34,928 nucleotides of DNA from Sphingomonas sp. (GCA_031394005.1 JANMWM010000012.1:1-34928), one strand, 5' to 3'; positions 11,181-21,327 are shown, numbered from the stretch's first letter. Notes: generated from the letters alone by a model not told the origin. Numbers and translations: made by a program.

Positions 11181-12073
11181 GCCGAGCCTTCAAGTGTTGG
11201 GTGCTCGATCGCCCGCGCCGCGATAAAGCATCCTGCCAGGATCAACCCCGCGCCAGCGAGCGTGAACAGCGATACCGGCTCGCCGAAGCGCAGCCAGCCC
11301 AGCGCCATCGCCCACAGGAAGCTCGAATATTCGGTGCTCGACAGATATGCGGCGCCAGCCCGCGCGTAAGCCCAGGCGAGCAGCAGCTGCGAGGCCAGCG
11401 CGAGGCAGGTGGCGATGACGAGTTCAATCCAGTGACCGGTCGGCAGCGGCGGCATCCCGGCGACCGGCACGGCGAGGAGCATGGCGATACAGAAAATAAG
11501 ATTCTGAAACAGCGCGATCTCGACCGGCTTCGCTACCAGCGCCTGTTGGCGCATGATGACGATGTTCCACGCATAGATTACCGCCGAGACGAGAATCGCG
11601 CCGCTCCCGAGCAGCGCCTCGCGCCCCAGCTGCGCGCGCGCCTGGCCGAGGAAGATGATCACCACACCGGTTGTAGCGAGCAGCGACGCCCCGACCGCCT
11701 TGCGCCCAAGCGGTTCGCGCAGGACCAACGCGGCGAGCACCAGCGCGAGCAACGGAGCGATGAAGCTCAGCGCGACGGCCTGCGCCATTGGCACGCGTCC
11801 CAACCCCCAGAAGAACAGGAACGACATGATCGCGGTGATGACGCCGCGGACGAGATGGAGCCGCATCGCCGTCTGGCTTGGCCGGCCCGGCCGGATGACC
11901 AGCGCGAGCAGCGCCGCAAGCGCCGCCCCGATCATCGATCGGAACAGCAAAGTCGAATAGGTATCGATTGCGATGACCAGCGCCTTGATGACCATGTCCA
12001 TGATCGAGAAAAGCCCGATTCCGGCGATCGCGGCGGCATAGGCAGGGAGCGGGGTCTGGCGCGGCGGAGTCAC
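11177..12073 (-). CDS. DMT/EamA family transporter
   Basis: About ten TM segments with duplicated EamA pattern (LSFIAPL...LREPL, FGEPVS). Confidence 0.88.
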   Translation of the reverse strand: MTPPRQTPLPAYAAAIAGIGLFSIMDMVIKALVIAIDTYSTLLFRSMIGAALAALLALVIRPGRPSQTAMRLHLVRGVITAIMSFLFFWGLGRVPMAQAVALSFIAPLLALVLAALVLREPLGRKAVGASLLATTGVVIIFLGQARAQLGREALLGSGAILVSAVIYAWNIVIMRQQALVAKPVEIALFQNLIFCIAMLLAVPVAGMPPLPTGHWIELVIATCLALASQLLLAWAYARAGAAYLSSTEYSSFLWAMALGWLRFGEPVSLFTLAGAGLILAGCFIAARAIEHPTLEGSA

Positions 12074-12104
12074 GCCCGCGCCTTAGCCGAATTGCGTGAC
12101 GGCG

Positions 12105-12647
12105 CTAGCGCAGCACCATCTTGTCGCCGCGCATCTCGACGCTGCCGAGCCGGGTCAGCACCGACTGGCCGAGCAGATTGACCTCAAGCCCCTTGAGCAC
12201 CACCCCGTCGACATTCTCGACCGTGCGCCCGGCGACTTCGATCCGGTTCAGCATCACGCGCTTGCCGCGGGTCGCTCCGGATGCGCCCGATCCGACCACG
12301 GTAAAGCTCGTCGGATCGATATAAAGCCCCGCCGCCCGCGCCGAATCGACCGTCAGCGCGACCGTCGTCGCGCCGGTGTCGACGACGAACGGGATCGACT
12401 GTCCGTTGACGCTGGCGTTCGTGTAGAAATGCCCACCCGGCCCGCGTTCGATCGAGGTTTCGCCGCCGTAGGAGGGGGAGATGCTGGTCTCGCCCGCCGC
12501 GCTGTCGTTCGAACTGTCACGGTTGGACGACGAACCCGAAGCGATCAGTATCTGTTGATTGAGCTGCGTCTGGCTCGAGTTGCCGCTCGGCATCGCCAGC
12601 CCGACGACCACCGCCAACCCCAACACGAAGAAAGCGAACCGCTCCAT
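12105..12647 (-). CDS. Clan AA retropepsin-like aspartic protease (TIGR02281-like)
   Basis: GHFY, FVVDTGATTVAL catalytic motif and LLGQSVL. N-terminal hydrophobic anchor. ATG 12647 follows GGAG. Confidence 0.88.
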   Translation of the reverse strand: MERFAFFVLGLAVVVGLAMPSGNSSQTQLNQQILIASGSSSNRDSSNDSAAGETSISPSYGGETSIERGPGGHFYTNASVNGQSIPFVVDTGATTVALTVDSARAAGLYIDPTSFTVVGSGASGATRGKRVMLNRIEVAGRTVENVDGVVLKGLEVNLLGQSVLTRLGSVEMRGDKMVLR

Positions 12648-12649
12648 CG

Positions 12650-12909
12650 CTCCCCCATAGGGCCGCGACCTTGAGGAAATCTTACCGTGCGGCGTCGGTT
12701 CGAACGGCGAGCGCATGGGCGGCGGCGCGGCTGTCGAACATGCCGATATTAATTTCGACGACGTGCTGCAAGAACTCGGGAATTGCAGCGATCGCGACAA
12801 TCAGCGGAGCCGCCGTAAATAGCACCATGCTGCCGCGGTAAAGCTCGACCAGAGCGCGTCCGAGCCACGTCACCCAGCGTATTTCCGACGGCAACGCCTC
12901 GACAGTCAC
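12650..12909 (-). pseudogene. Truncated remnant of a membrane protein gene coupled to ispG
   Basis: GTG 12909 overlaps the ispG TGA. Reads ...APLIVAIAAIPEFLQHVVEINIGMFDS..., stops at TAA 12684-12682, and protein-like FLKVAAL follows the stop. Confidence 0.5.
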
Positions 12910-14048
12910 TCCGCGACGGTGAGTTCTGGGGTGCATCGGGCGGCGGTCGCACCGGCCTCGATCTCGGCGGCCTTGGCCTCGACCAGCCGGACGATGTGGT
13001 CGATCATTCCCGCATCCTGGACGTGGTGGTCGGTCACTCCCGACAGATAGACCATATGCTTGCCATTGCCGCCGCCGGTCAGCCCGATATCGGTTTCGCG
13101 CGCTTCACCCGGCCCGTTGACGACGCAGCCGAGCACCGATAGCGACATCGGCGTGCGGATATGCTGGAGCCGAAGCTCGAGCGCCTCGACCGTGCGGATC
13201 ACGTCGAAGCCTTGCCGCGCGCATGACGGACACGACACCACGCGCACGCCACGATTGCGAATCCCGAGCGCTTTGAGCAACTCATAGCCGACGCGAACTT
13301 CTTCCTCGGGTTCGGCCGAGAGCGAGACGCGGATCGTGTCGCCGATCCCGGCCCACAGCAGCGACCCCATCCCGATCGACGACTTGACCGTCCCGCCGAT
13401 CAGCCCACCCGCCTCGGTGATCCCGAGATGGAGCGGGCAATCGACCTGGTCGGCGAGCTGCTGATAAGCGGCGACGGCAAGGAAAAGGTCCGACGCCTTC
13501 ACCGCGACCTTGTAGTTCTGGAAGCCATGATCCTCGAGGATGCGGATGTGGTCGAGCGCGCTTTCAACCAGCGCTTCGGGGCACGGCTCGCCATATTTTT
13601 CGAGCAGGTCCTTCTCGAGGCTGCCGGCATTGACCCCGATGCGGATCGCGCAATTGTTGGCGCGGGCGGCGGCGACGACTTCGGCGACTCGCTCGGCCGA
13701 GCCGATGTTGCCCGGGTTGATGCGCAGGCACGCCGCCCCCGCATCGGCCGCCTCGAGCGCGCGCTTGTAGTGAAAATGAATGTCGGCGACGATGGGGACC
13801 TTCGACGCCAGGACGATTTCACGAAGCGCCGCGGTCGATTCCTTGTCGGGGCAGGACACGCGGATGATGTCTACCCCGGCCTCCTCGCAGCGCCTGATCT
13901 GGGCGATCGTCGCGGCGGCGTCCGAGGTCGGGGTATTGGTCATCGTCTGCACCGTGACCGGCGCATCGCCGCCGACGGCGACAGAGCCGACCATGATCTG
14001 ACGAGACTTTCGGCGCTCGATGTGGCGCCACGGACGAAGCGAGGACAT
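12906..14048 (-). CDS. ispG: (E)-4-hydroxy-3-methylbut-2-enyl diphosphate synthase
   Basis: [35 protein letters not shown] and GCVVNGPGE Fe-S motifs. Confidence 0.97.
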   Translation of the reverse strand: MSSLRPWRHIERRKSRQIMVGSVAVGGDAPVTVQTMTNTPTSDAAATIAQIRRCEEAGVDIIRVSCPDKESTAALREIVLASKVPIVADIHFHYKRALEAADAGAACLRINPGNIGSAERVAEVVAAARANNCAIRIGVNAGSLEKDLLEKYGEPCPEALVESALDHIRILEDHGFQNYKVAVKASDLFLAVAAYQQLADQVDCPLHLGITEAGGLIGGTVKSSIGMGSLLWAGIGDTIRVSLSAEPEEEVRVGYELLKALGIRNRGVRVVSCPSCARQGFDVIRTVEALELRLQHIRTPMSLSVLGCVVNGPGEARETDIGLTGGGNGKHMVYLSGVTDHHVQDAGMIDHIVRLVEAKAAEIEAGATAARCTPELTVAE

Positions 14049-14118
14049 GAGCCCCATATAGGCGCGAACGATGACAAGGGAAATTCCCGTCGTCACAAAG
14101 CCTTGGTAAGGCATGGTC

Positions 14119-14991
14119 ATGCCGACCCAAATCATCCGTGCCGCGCTTGCGGCCTGCGCGCTTCTCGCCGCGACACCTGCCGCCTCTTACTGGGAATATG
14201 GTCACCAGACCGTCGCGAAGATTGCCTTCGCCTCGGTGAGCCCAGCGACCCGCGCCAAGCTCACCGCGCTTCTTCGCCACGGCGACCTCCTCGGCACCCC
14301 CGAATGCGCGGTGAACGACATGGCGTCCGCCTCGACCTGGGCCGACTGCATCAAGCCGCTCAAGGACGTGTCGGGCAAGCCGCGCTTCGGCTATGCCGAT
14401 AACTGGCACTTCCAGGACGTCGACGTGTGCCAGCCGTTCGACCTCACCGCGCCGTGCGCCGATGGCAATTGCCTGAGTACCCAGATCGTCCGCCAGCAGG
14501 CGCGCCTCGCCAACCGCGCCCTCCCGCTCGCCGACCGGGTGCAAGCCCTCGCCTTCCTGACGCATTTCGTCGGCGACCTGTCACAGCCGCTCCACGCCGG
14601 GGAGCATCACGATCAGGGCGCCAACAAGGTCAAGGCGAGCTATGGCCTGATCGCCGGCCGCACCAGCCTCCATTCGATTTGGGACGGCTACCTCGCCGAA
14701 CGCGCCATCTCGACCCCGCCCGGCAGCCCGATAGGCCTGCTCCGCGCCACTCCCCGGTCAGAACGCCGCGCCATGATCGCCGGCGACGTCACCGACTGGA
14801 GCCGCGACAGTTGGCAGGTTTCGCGCGACACCGTCTACGGCTCGCTCTTCGCCGATCCCTGCGCCCCACGCACCAGCGAGCGCACCATCATCGACGAGGC
14901 ACTAGTGCAAAAACTCATCCCCGCAGCGCGCCGCCAAGTCGTCGCCGGCGGCCTCCGCTTGGCGAAACTGCTCGACAAAGCGTTGCGCTAG
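14119..14991 (+). CDS. Secreted S1/P1 family nuclease
   Basis: Signal peptide then [34 protein letters not shown]. Alternative ATG at 14113. Confidence 0.92.
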   Translation: MPTQIIRAALAACALLAATPAASYWEYGHQTVAKIAFASVSPATRAKLTALLRHGDLLGTPECAVNDMASASTWADCIKPLKDVSGKPRFGYADNWHFQDVDVCQPFDLTAPCADGNCLSTQIVRQQARLANRALPLADRVQALAFLTHFVGDLSQPLHAGEHHDQGANKVKASYGLIAGRTSLHSIWDGYLAERAISTPPGSPIGLLRATPRSERRAMIAGDVTDWSRDSWQVSRDTVYGSLFADPCAPRTSERTIIDEALVQKLIPAARRQVVAGGLRLAKLLDKALR

Positions 14992-15232
14992 TCATCGCTA
15001 CCCCACCGCCAGCGCCACCGCCTCGCGTGGTCTTGGCAGTGATCATCCACAACAGGATTGTCGCGGGCAAGAGGATTGCGACCATTACCGCCGGCCGATC
15101 GCGGAAGCGATCCACGACGCCAATCGCCATCGCAAGATAGACGATCGCCACTGCCCATCCCGGCCAGCTGATCGGCGGCCCTGCGCCCCAGCCATAGCGT
15201 TTCGGCGCGAACCACGCGGGACCTTCGGTCAC
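14988..15232 (-). pseudogene. Small two-TM Trp-rich membrane protein (81 aa if repaired) with a 1-bp frameshift near 15019
   Basis: GTG 15232 overlaps the hydrolase TGA. One frame gives WFAPKRYGWGAG...AKTTRGG and the other continues WRWRWGSDD* to 14988. Confidence 0.7.
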
Positions 15233-16185
15233 TTGCGCGCTACCGTCACGAAGGCAATGATTGCATCGACCAGCCCCGGCGCCAGCGGCAGCGACGGATC
15301 GCGATAAGTCGCCGCATTTCCCACGCGGTTCGGGGGCGCGAGCTTGAGCACATGGTTCATCCCCGGGACGACCACCAGCTTCGCCTTGGGCTGGGCTGCC
15401 TTCAGCCGATCGGCATCGGCGCTCGACACTTGGATGTCTCTCTCGCCGTGGACGATAAGGACAGGCACGCTCGCTCCCTTCGCCAGCGCCGCCGGATCGA
15501 GGCGGAAAGAGTCGATCAGGAAATTCTGGACCTTGGGATTGAACAGCCCTTTCGCCAGCGCTGGATTCATCGTCGTGACATCGATATGCTTGCCCGCCTT
15601 GAGCGCGGTCAGGGCAGCATCGACCTGTCCCACGACAGGCGAGTTCCCCGCAGTCGCCGCGACCTGATCGCGGATGATGACGTCCAGCGGCCGCCCCGGC
15701 GCCGCGATCAGCACCAGCCCGCATACCCCCGGCTGATGCGCCGAGGCGAGCGCGACGAGGCCGCCCTCGCTATGCCCGGCGAGCCACACGCACGTCGCCC
15801 CGGTCGCCAGCCGCGCCGCCGCAACCCACGCCGCCGTGTCCGCGACATAGGCGCCGATCGTGACTGCGTTGGGATCGCCCGCAGCCTCGCTGCCGAACAT
15901 TCCGCGCTTGTCGATCCGCACCGTCGCGATGCCCTTCACGGCGAGGTCATTGGCAAGCATCCGGTAAGGCGCCGCCGTTACCCCGAGCGTGTTGTTCCCG
16001 TCGCGATCGGTAGGCCCCGACCCCGGGATGATCAGGACTGTCGCCTTCGCCTTGCCCGCCGGCCGAGCTAGCGTCCCCGCCAGCAAGCCCGCCGCGATCG
16101 GTTGGGAAAGCGTCGCAGCGGTCGGTTGGGAAACCGGTGCAGCGATCGGGGCAGCCGCGATCATCGCTGCCATCAAGAGACTCAT
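15229..16185 (-). CDS. Secreted alpha/beta hydrolase
   Basis: IIPGSGPTDRDGN, GHSEGG nucleophile elbow, HGERDIQV, MNHVLK. ATG 16185 is well spaced from AGGAGG. Confidence 0.9.
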   Translation of the reverse strand: MSLLMAAMIAAAPIAAPVSQPTAATLSQPIAAGLLAGTLARPAGKAKATVLIIPGSGPTDRDGNNTLGVTAAPYRMLANDLAVKGIATVRIDKRGMFGSEAAGDPNAVTIGAYVADTAAWVAAARLATGATCVWLAGHSEGGLVALASAHQPGVCGLVLIAAPGRPLDVIIRDQVAATAGNSPVVGQVDAALTALKAGKHIDVTTMNPALAKGLFNPKVQNFLIDSFRLDPAALAKGASVPVLIVHGERDIQVSSADADRLKAAQPKAKLVVVPGMNHVLKLAPPNRVGNAATYRDPSLPLAPGLVDAIIAFVTVARK

Positions 16186-16186
16186 T

Positions 16187-16384
16187 TCACGCATCCTCCT
16201 TCGGCGGGCGCCCGCGCCTGACCGGCACCGGATCACCCAGTTTCACTCCGCGCGCCTTCAACGCCTCGCGCAACAGGCACTCGACCTCGGCATTGGCGCT
16301 GCGCAGGTCGCACGCCGCCAGCCGCTCGACCGCCGCCCATAAGGCAGGATCGACCCTTAGCGGAAAGGCTTTCCGTTCCGCCAC
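16187..16384 (-). CDS. Arc/ribbon-helix-helix DNA-binding protein
   Basis: 65 aa with KAFPLRVDP strand, LRSANAEVE helix pattern and RRGRPPK tail. Start abuts the SPFH stop. Confidence 0.85.
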   Translation of the reverse strand: MAERKAFPLRVDPALWAAVERLAACDLRSANAEVECLLREALKARGVKLGDPVPVRRGRPPKEDA

Positions 16385-17277
16385 TTACTGATACAGCGAT
16401 CCGGCGTTAACGATCGGCTGCGTGTCGCGTTCGCCGCACAGCACGACCATCAGGTTCGACACCATCGCGGGGCGCTCGTCGTCGAGGTGGACGACATTCT
16501 TCTCGTTGAGCATCTCGAGCGCCATCTCGACCATCCCGACCGCGCCCTCGACCATCGTCTTGCGCGCCGCGACCACCGCCTGGGCCTGCTGCCGCCGAAG
16601 CATCGCCCCGGCAATCTCCTGCGCATCGGCAAGGTGCGTGAAGCCGCACTCGTCGACGGTGATCCCGGCAACCGCGAGTCTCGCGATCAGCTCGGCGGGA
16701 AGCTCGATTCCGACCTGGTCGTGATTGCCGCGCAGCGTGATTTCCTGATGCTCGAAATCGTCATAGGGATAGCGCGACCCGATCGTCCGCACCGCCGCCT
16801 CGACTTGGACCATCACGAATGCCTTGTAGTTGTCGACGTCGAACAGCGCCTGCGCAGTATCGACCACTCGCCACACGATCTGCGCCGCCATCTCGATCGG
16901 GTTGCCGCGCAGGTCGTTGACCTTGATCTTGTCCGAAATGACGTTGTTCGAGCGGACTGAGATCTTCTTCTTCATCATCCACGGCCACGTCCAGCGCAGC
17001 CCCGTCTCGCGGTCGGTTCCCTTGTACGACCCGAACAGCGTCAGCGTCACAGCCTGGTTCGGCCGAAGCATGTAGAAGCCCGGCGCGATCAGCAGCAGCC
17101 CCAACGGGCCGATGATCGCCAACAGGATCGGTAGCGCGCCGAAACGATCGTTGGCAAGGCTGAACACGCCGAAAACCTGGGACAGCACTAGCACGCCGAG
17201 CATGGCATAGCCGCTCATCGTCCCCCCCCCGGCCGCTCGCGGCTGGCGTTGAGCTTGACTTGAATCGAATTGGTCAC
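16385..17277 (-). CDS. SPFH/band 7 domain membrane protein, frameshifted in a G9 tract at 17222-17230
   Basis: KVNDLRGNPIE and EIAGAMLRRQQAQA motifs. GTG 17277 (MTNSIQVKLNASRERP) is out of frame with the body, which starts at ATG 17218. Confidence 0.85.
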
Positions 17278-17297
17278 CGTCAGTCTTCTCGTTTATT

Positions 17298-17314
17298 GAT
17301 ATTATTTTAATATC
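17298..17314. promoter_or_regulatory. Inverted-repeat operator upstream of the SPFH operon
   Basis: Perfect GATATTA-TTT-TAATATC in an AT-rich patch of a GC-rich genome. Confidence 0.7.
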
Positions 17315-17370
17315 GTTTTTACGGTCGAGTCAACTGGCGTCGCGCGGGGGCAGCGGCTAGGGCGGCGCAC

Positions 17371-18291
17371 ATGAACTGGACCCTCGTCATTCACGGCGGA
17401 TGCGGCGCGATGCGGCCCGAATCCCTCCCTCCCGGGCAGGAGAAGCGGGCAAAGGCGGGGCTCGCCGCCGCACTCGACGCGGGCGAAGCGATCCTGTCGG
17501 GCGGTGGCACCGCGCTCGATGCAGTCGAAGCGGCGGCGCGAATCCTCGAGGAAGATCCCGCCTTCAACGCCGGGCGCGGCTGCGTCCTGACCGCTCAGGG
17601 CCATGCCGAACTCGACGCAGCGATCATGGATGGCCGCGACCGCCGCGCCGGTGCCGTCGCGGGCCTGCGCACCACCCGCGCCCCGGTCTCCGCAGCGCGC
17701 GCGGCGATGGAGCACAGCCCGCACATCCTCCTGACCTACGATCAGGCCGACCGCTTCGCCGAAGCCCACGGTCTCGAGCAAGTCAACAACGACTGGTTCA
17801 TGATCCCCGAACGCCGCGCCCAGCTCGACGCGGTCATGGCTTCGGGGGGCAAGGTCGACACCAAGATGAAGTATGGTACGATCGGCGCGGTCGCCTGCGA
17901 CGTGAACGGCCATGTCGCCGCCGCGACTTCGACTGGGGGACTCACCGCCAAGCGCTGGGGCCGGATCGGCGATTCGCCACTGATCGGCGCAGGCACCTAT
18001 GCCGACGACCGCGCCGCCGCCGTGTCCGCCACCGGTCTCGGCGAAGCCTTCATCCGCGCGGTCGGGGCGCATGAACTGGCGGCAAGAATGCGCCTTGCGG
18101 GCGAAAGTCTGCAGGACGCCCTGGATGCGGTCCTCGCCGACGTCTCCTCGCTCGGCGGCACCGGAGGCCTGATCGCCGTCGCTCCGACCGGCGAGGCCGC
18201 CTGGGGCTTCACCACGCCGGGCATGTACCGCGCGCGCGCCACTCCCGGCGCCCGCGAAATCGGGGTCTATTGCGAGCCTTCGCGCCGATAG
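17371..18291 (+). CDS. Isoaspartyl peptidase/L-asparaginase (Ntn hydrolase, IaaA-like)
   Basis: IHGGCG, FNAGRG, ELDAAIMDG, YG|TIGAVA autocleavage Thr, ATSTGG, GRIGDSP. Confidence 0.93.
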   Translation: MNWTLVIHGGCGAMRPESLPPGQEKRAKAGLAAALDAGEAILSGGGTALDAVEAAARILEEDPAFNAGRGCVLTAQGHAELDAAIMDGRDRRAGAVAGLRTTRAPVSAARAAMEHSPHILLTYDQADRFAEAHGLEQVNNDWFMIPERRAQLDAVMASGGKVDTKMKYGTIGAVACDVNGHVAAATSTGGLTAKRWGRIGDSPLIGAGTYADDRAAAVSATGLGEAFIRAVGAHELAARMRLAGESLQDALDAVLADVSSLGGTGGLIAVAPTGEAAWGFTTPGMYRARATPGAREIGVYCEPSRR

Positions 18292-19400
18292 GGCAGCATC
18301 TCGCGCAGCGCGACGAGCTCATCGCGGATCGCCTCGCGCTCGCCGCGCACGAACTGCTCGACCGCCCGCCGGAAATCCGCGTTCGGCAGATAATGCGCCG
18401 ACCGAGTCACCACCGGCTCATAGCCGCGCGCCAGCTTGTGCTCGCCCTGCGCACCCGCTTGCACCGACCCCAGCCCATTGGCGATCGCCCACTCGATCGC
18501 CTGATAATAGCTGAGCTCGAAGTGCAGGAACGGCACCTCCTCGTCGCATCCCCAATAACGGCCATACAGCGTGTCCGCTCCGATCAGATTCAACGCCCCC
18601 GCGATCGGCTTGCCATTGCGCAGCGCGAGCAGCAGCAGGACGGCGTCTCCAAGCGCCTCGCCTAACCCCGCGAAGAACGGCCGGGTCAGGTACGGCTGCC
18701 CCCATTTCCGGCTCCCCGTGTCCTGATAAAAGCGCCACATCGCCAGCCACTCGGCGGGCCCGATCTCGGTGCCCCGCAGCGCGACGAACTCGAGTCCCTC
18801 TCTCGCCGCTGCCCGCTCCTTGCGAATCGCCTTGCGCTTCCGGCTCGCCAGCGCGCCGAGGAAATCGTCGAACGAGTCATACCCCCGGTTGAACCAGTGA
18901 TACTGGATCCCGTCGCGGATCAGCCACTTGCGCGCTTCGAACTCGCCGACCTCCTCATCGGCGATAAACGTCGCATGCGCCGAACTCAGCCCGTTCTGCA
19001 CCACGATCGCCTCGGCCGCCGTGATCAGCGACTGGGGTCGGTCGCCAAGCAGCCGCCGCCCCGGAACCGGGGTGAACGGCACCGCGATCTGGAGCTTGGG
19101 ATAATATTCGCCCCCCGCTCGCTGCCACGCTTCGGCCCAGCCATGATCGAAAACATATTCGCCCTGGCTGTGCGATTTCAGATAGGCCGGAGCCGCCGCC
19201 GCCAGCATGCCGTCGGCGCCATCGATCAGGATCGGCGCCGGGCTCCACCCGCTATGCCCGCCGACGCTTCCGCTCTTTTCGAGCAGCGCCAGGAACGCGC
19301 GGCTCGTAAACGGATCACGCCCGCCAAGCGAGTCCCACTCCGCGACCGACCCGACCGACGGCGCCAGCCGAGCAATCACCTCGGAATCATGGTCGGCCAT
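18267..19400 (-). CDS. GNAT-fold FemAB-related protein (DUF482-like)
   Basis: KSHSQGEYVFDHGWA, YYPKL, LYGRYWG, AGAQGEHKLARGY. Confidence 0.9.
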   Translation of the reverse strand: MADHDSEVIARLAPSVGSVAEWDSLGGRDPFTSRAFLALLEKSGSVGGHSGWSPAPILIDGADGMLAAAAPAYLKSHSQGEYVFDHGWAEAWQRAGGEYYPKLQIAVPFTPVPGRRLLGDRPQSLITAAEAIVVQNGLSSAHATFIADEEVGEFEARKWLIRDGIQYHWFNRGYDSFDDFLGALASRKRKAIRKERAAAREGLEFVALRGTEIGPAEWLAMWRFYQDTGSRKWGQPYLTRPFFAGLGEALGDAVLLLLALRNGKPIAGALNLIGADTLYGRYWGCDEEVPFLHFELSYYQAIEWAIANGLGSVQAGAQGEHKLARGYEPVVTRSAHYLPNADFRRAVEQFVRGEREAIRDELVALREMLPYRREGSQ

Positions 19401-20085
19401 CGGCTTCCCAGATGAGGGCGTCGGCGAAAGGCGCGGCGGACGCACACTCGGCAGGGGTGCGGATCGTCCAGCTGTAAACCGGTAGCCGCGTCGAAACCCG
19501 CCCGAGCAGCACCTGGTCGAGCGCAAGAAAATGGGGACGCGCCAGCATTGCCTTGGCCCAACGCTCGATCGCGCTTTCGTCTCCCCCGATCACTAACCCG
19601 CGTCGCACATCGGACCGGTTTCGCGCCAGCCACATCGCCACTCGCGGATCGAAACTCATCACCCCGACCGGTCCCGGACGAGCGCCCAGTGTTCGGCACA
19701 CCGCCGCCGCCAGCCGCGCCGCGTTTCGCGCCGTCTTGAGCTCGATCAGCAGCGGCACCTGTCCGCCAGCGATCATCAGCAGGTCGGCCAGTCGCGGCAC
19801 AGTCTCGCGCGTCCCGAGCAACCGTTTCCCCGACAGCGACGTCGCGCTCAGGGTTTCGACCGATCCACCCTCGCCGCACATTCGTTTGAGATCGCCATCG
19901 TGGAACACCATCGGCACATCGTCGCGCGACAGGCGGACATCGCATTCGATCCCGGCGCCAACCTCGATCGCCGCGTGGAACGCAGCCCTGCTGTTTTCCG
20001 GAACGCCATCCGAGTGAAGCCCGCGATGCGCGAACCCGTTCGGCCCGACGCCGAGCGGCTCAGGCCCTGACGGCGACGACCGCAT
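19387..20085 (-). CDS. Glycerophosphodiester phosphodiesterase family protein
   Basis: FAHRGLH, PENS, IECDV, VFHD, LIELK, SFDP, YSWT. Start uncertain. Confidence 0.88.
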   Translation of the reverse strand: MRSSPSGPEPLGVGPNGFAHRGLHSDGVPENSRAAFHAAIEVGAGIECDVRLSRDDVPMVFHDGDLKRMCGEGGSVETLSATSLSGKRLLGTRETVPRLADLLMIAGGQVPLLIELKTARNAARLAAAVCRTLGARPGPVGVMSFDPRVAMWLARNRSDVRRGLVIGGDESAIERWAKAMLARPHFLALDQVLLGRVSTRLPVYSWTIRTPAECASAAPFADALIWEADGRP

Positions 20086-20521
20086 CCACTTCGACCGCGA
20101 CCCCAAGCGGAAGCGATGCCACCCCGACCGCCGAGCGCGCATGTTTCCCCGCTTCACCGAACACTTCGACCATCAGCTCGCTCGCGCCGTTGGCGACCTT
20201 GGGCTGGTCGGTGAAATCGGGAGCCGAATTGACGAACACGCCAAGCTTTACGATACGTTCGACCCGGTCGAGCGACCCCAGCGCTGCCTTCAATTGCGCC
20301 AGCAGCATGACCCCGCATCGCCGCGCCGCCGCTATCCCGGCATCGAGCTCGAGATCCTCTCCAAGCCGGCCCTTGATCAGGCTGCCGTCCTCGGCGAACG
20401 AAATCTGTCCCGACACATGAAGCATCCCGCCGACCTCGACCGCCGGCACATAGGCGGCGACGGGGGCGGCGGCAGCGGGAAGGGCGATGCCGAGTTCGGC
20501 GAGGCGTTGATTGGTATTCAT
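20060..20521 (-). CDS. RidA/YjgF family protein
   Basis: PVAAYVP, VSGQ, VANGASEL, HARSAVGV, VEVD. Confidence 0.9.
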   Translation of the reverse strand: MNTNQRLAELGIALPAAAAPVAAYVPAVEVGGMLHVSGQISFAEDGSLIKGRLGEDLELDAGIAAARRCGVMLLAQLKAALGSLDRVERIVKLGVFVNSAPDFTDQPKVANGASELMVEVFGEAGKHARSAVGVASLPLGVAVEVDAVVAVRA

Positions 20522-20592
20522 GCAAAGCGCCTCAACACCCACTCGGTTCAACAATCAACCCCAATCCGTTCATGTCGACAACGGGATGGCAG

Positions 20593-21327
20593 TCACTCGG
20601 GCCGGTGGATCGCAAACCCGCCCCAGCTCTGGTTGACCGGCATCAGCTCCAACACATTGATGTTCAAATGCGGTGGCAGCGTCGCGACCCAGTGGATCGT
20701 GTTCGCGATATCCTGAGCCGTCATCGGATCGACCCCGCCATAAAACGCATCGCTCGCCGCCTGGTCGCCGCCGTTGCGCACGACGGTGAACTCGGTCTCG
20801 ACCATCCCCGGCTCGATCGAGGTCACCCGCACCCCGGTACCTTGCAAATCACAGCGCAGGCCCAGCGTGAACTGATGCACATAGGCCTTGGTCCCGGCAT
20901 AGTTGCACCCGCCACGATAGGGGTAAGTCGCTGCCACAGACGACAGGTCGATGATCGCGCCCTTCGTCTCGATAAGATTGGGCAACAAGGTTCGTGTCAG
21001 CGCCACGAGCCCGATCACATTGGTCTCGATCATCCCGATGATCGGGTCGAGCTCGGCTTCGTGCAGCGGCACCGCCGCGGTCGCATAACCCGCATTGTTG
21101 ATCAGCAAATCGATCGCGGGCAAGTCCTGCGCCGTTTCGACCACTCGCGCCCGGTCGCGCATATCGAGCTCGATCAGGGTGAAGTTCGCGCCCAGTTCAT
21201 CATGCAGTTTTTGCAGCCGCTCGGTCCGCCGGCCCGTCCCGATCACCCGCCACCCGTCGCCCACGAACAGCCGCGCACACGCCTCGCCGATCCCCGCCGT
21301 CACGCCCGTAATGAATGCTGTTTTCAC
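20593..21327 (-). CDS. SDR family NAD(P)-dependent oxidoreductase (YdfG-like)
   Basis: TGVTAGIG, NNAG, YAGTK, IEPGMVETEF, LPPHLNIN. GTG overlaps the upstream TGA. Confidence 0.9.
   Translation of the reverse strand: MKTAFITGVTAGIGEACARLFVGDGWRVIGTGRRTERLQKLHDELGANFTLIELDMRDRARVVETAQDLPAIDLLINNAGYATAAVPLHEAELDPIIGMIETNVIGLVALTRTLLPNLIETKGAIIDLSSVAATYPYRGGCNYAGTKAYVHQFTLGLRCDLQGTGVRVTSIEPGMVETEFTVVRNGGDQAASDAFYGGVDPMTAQDIANTIHWVATLPPHLNINVLELMPVNQSWGGFAIHRPE

Noticed and set aside
12105-14991. Retropepsin and S1/P1 nuclease as a retroelement or defence system
   Set aside because: Both are common stand-alone exported or membrane enzymes. They are on opposite strands separated by ispG, with no mobile or defence context.
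16187-16384. Antitoxin of a toxin-antitoxin pair
   Set aside because: RHH fold only, with no toxin-like neighbour. An operon regulator fits better.
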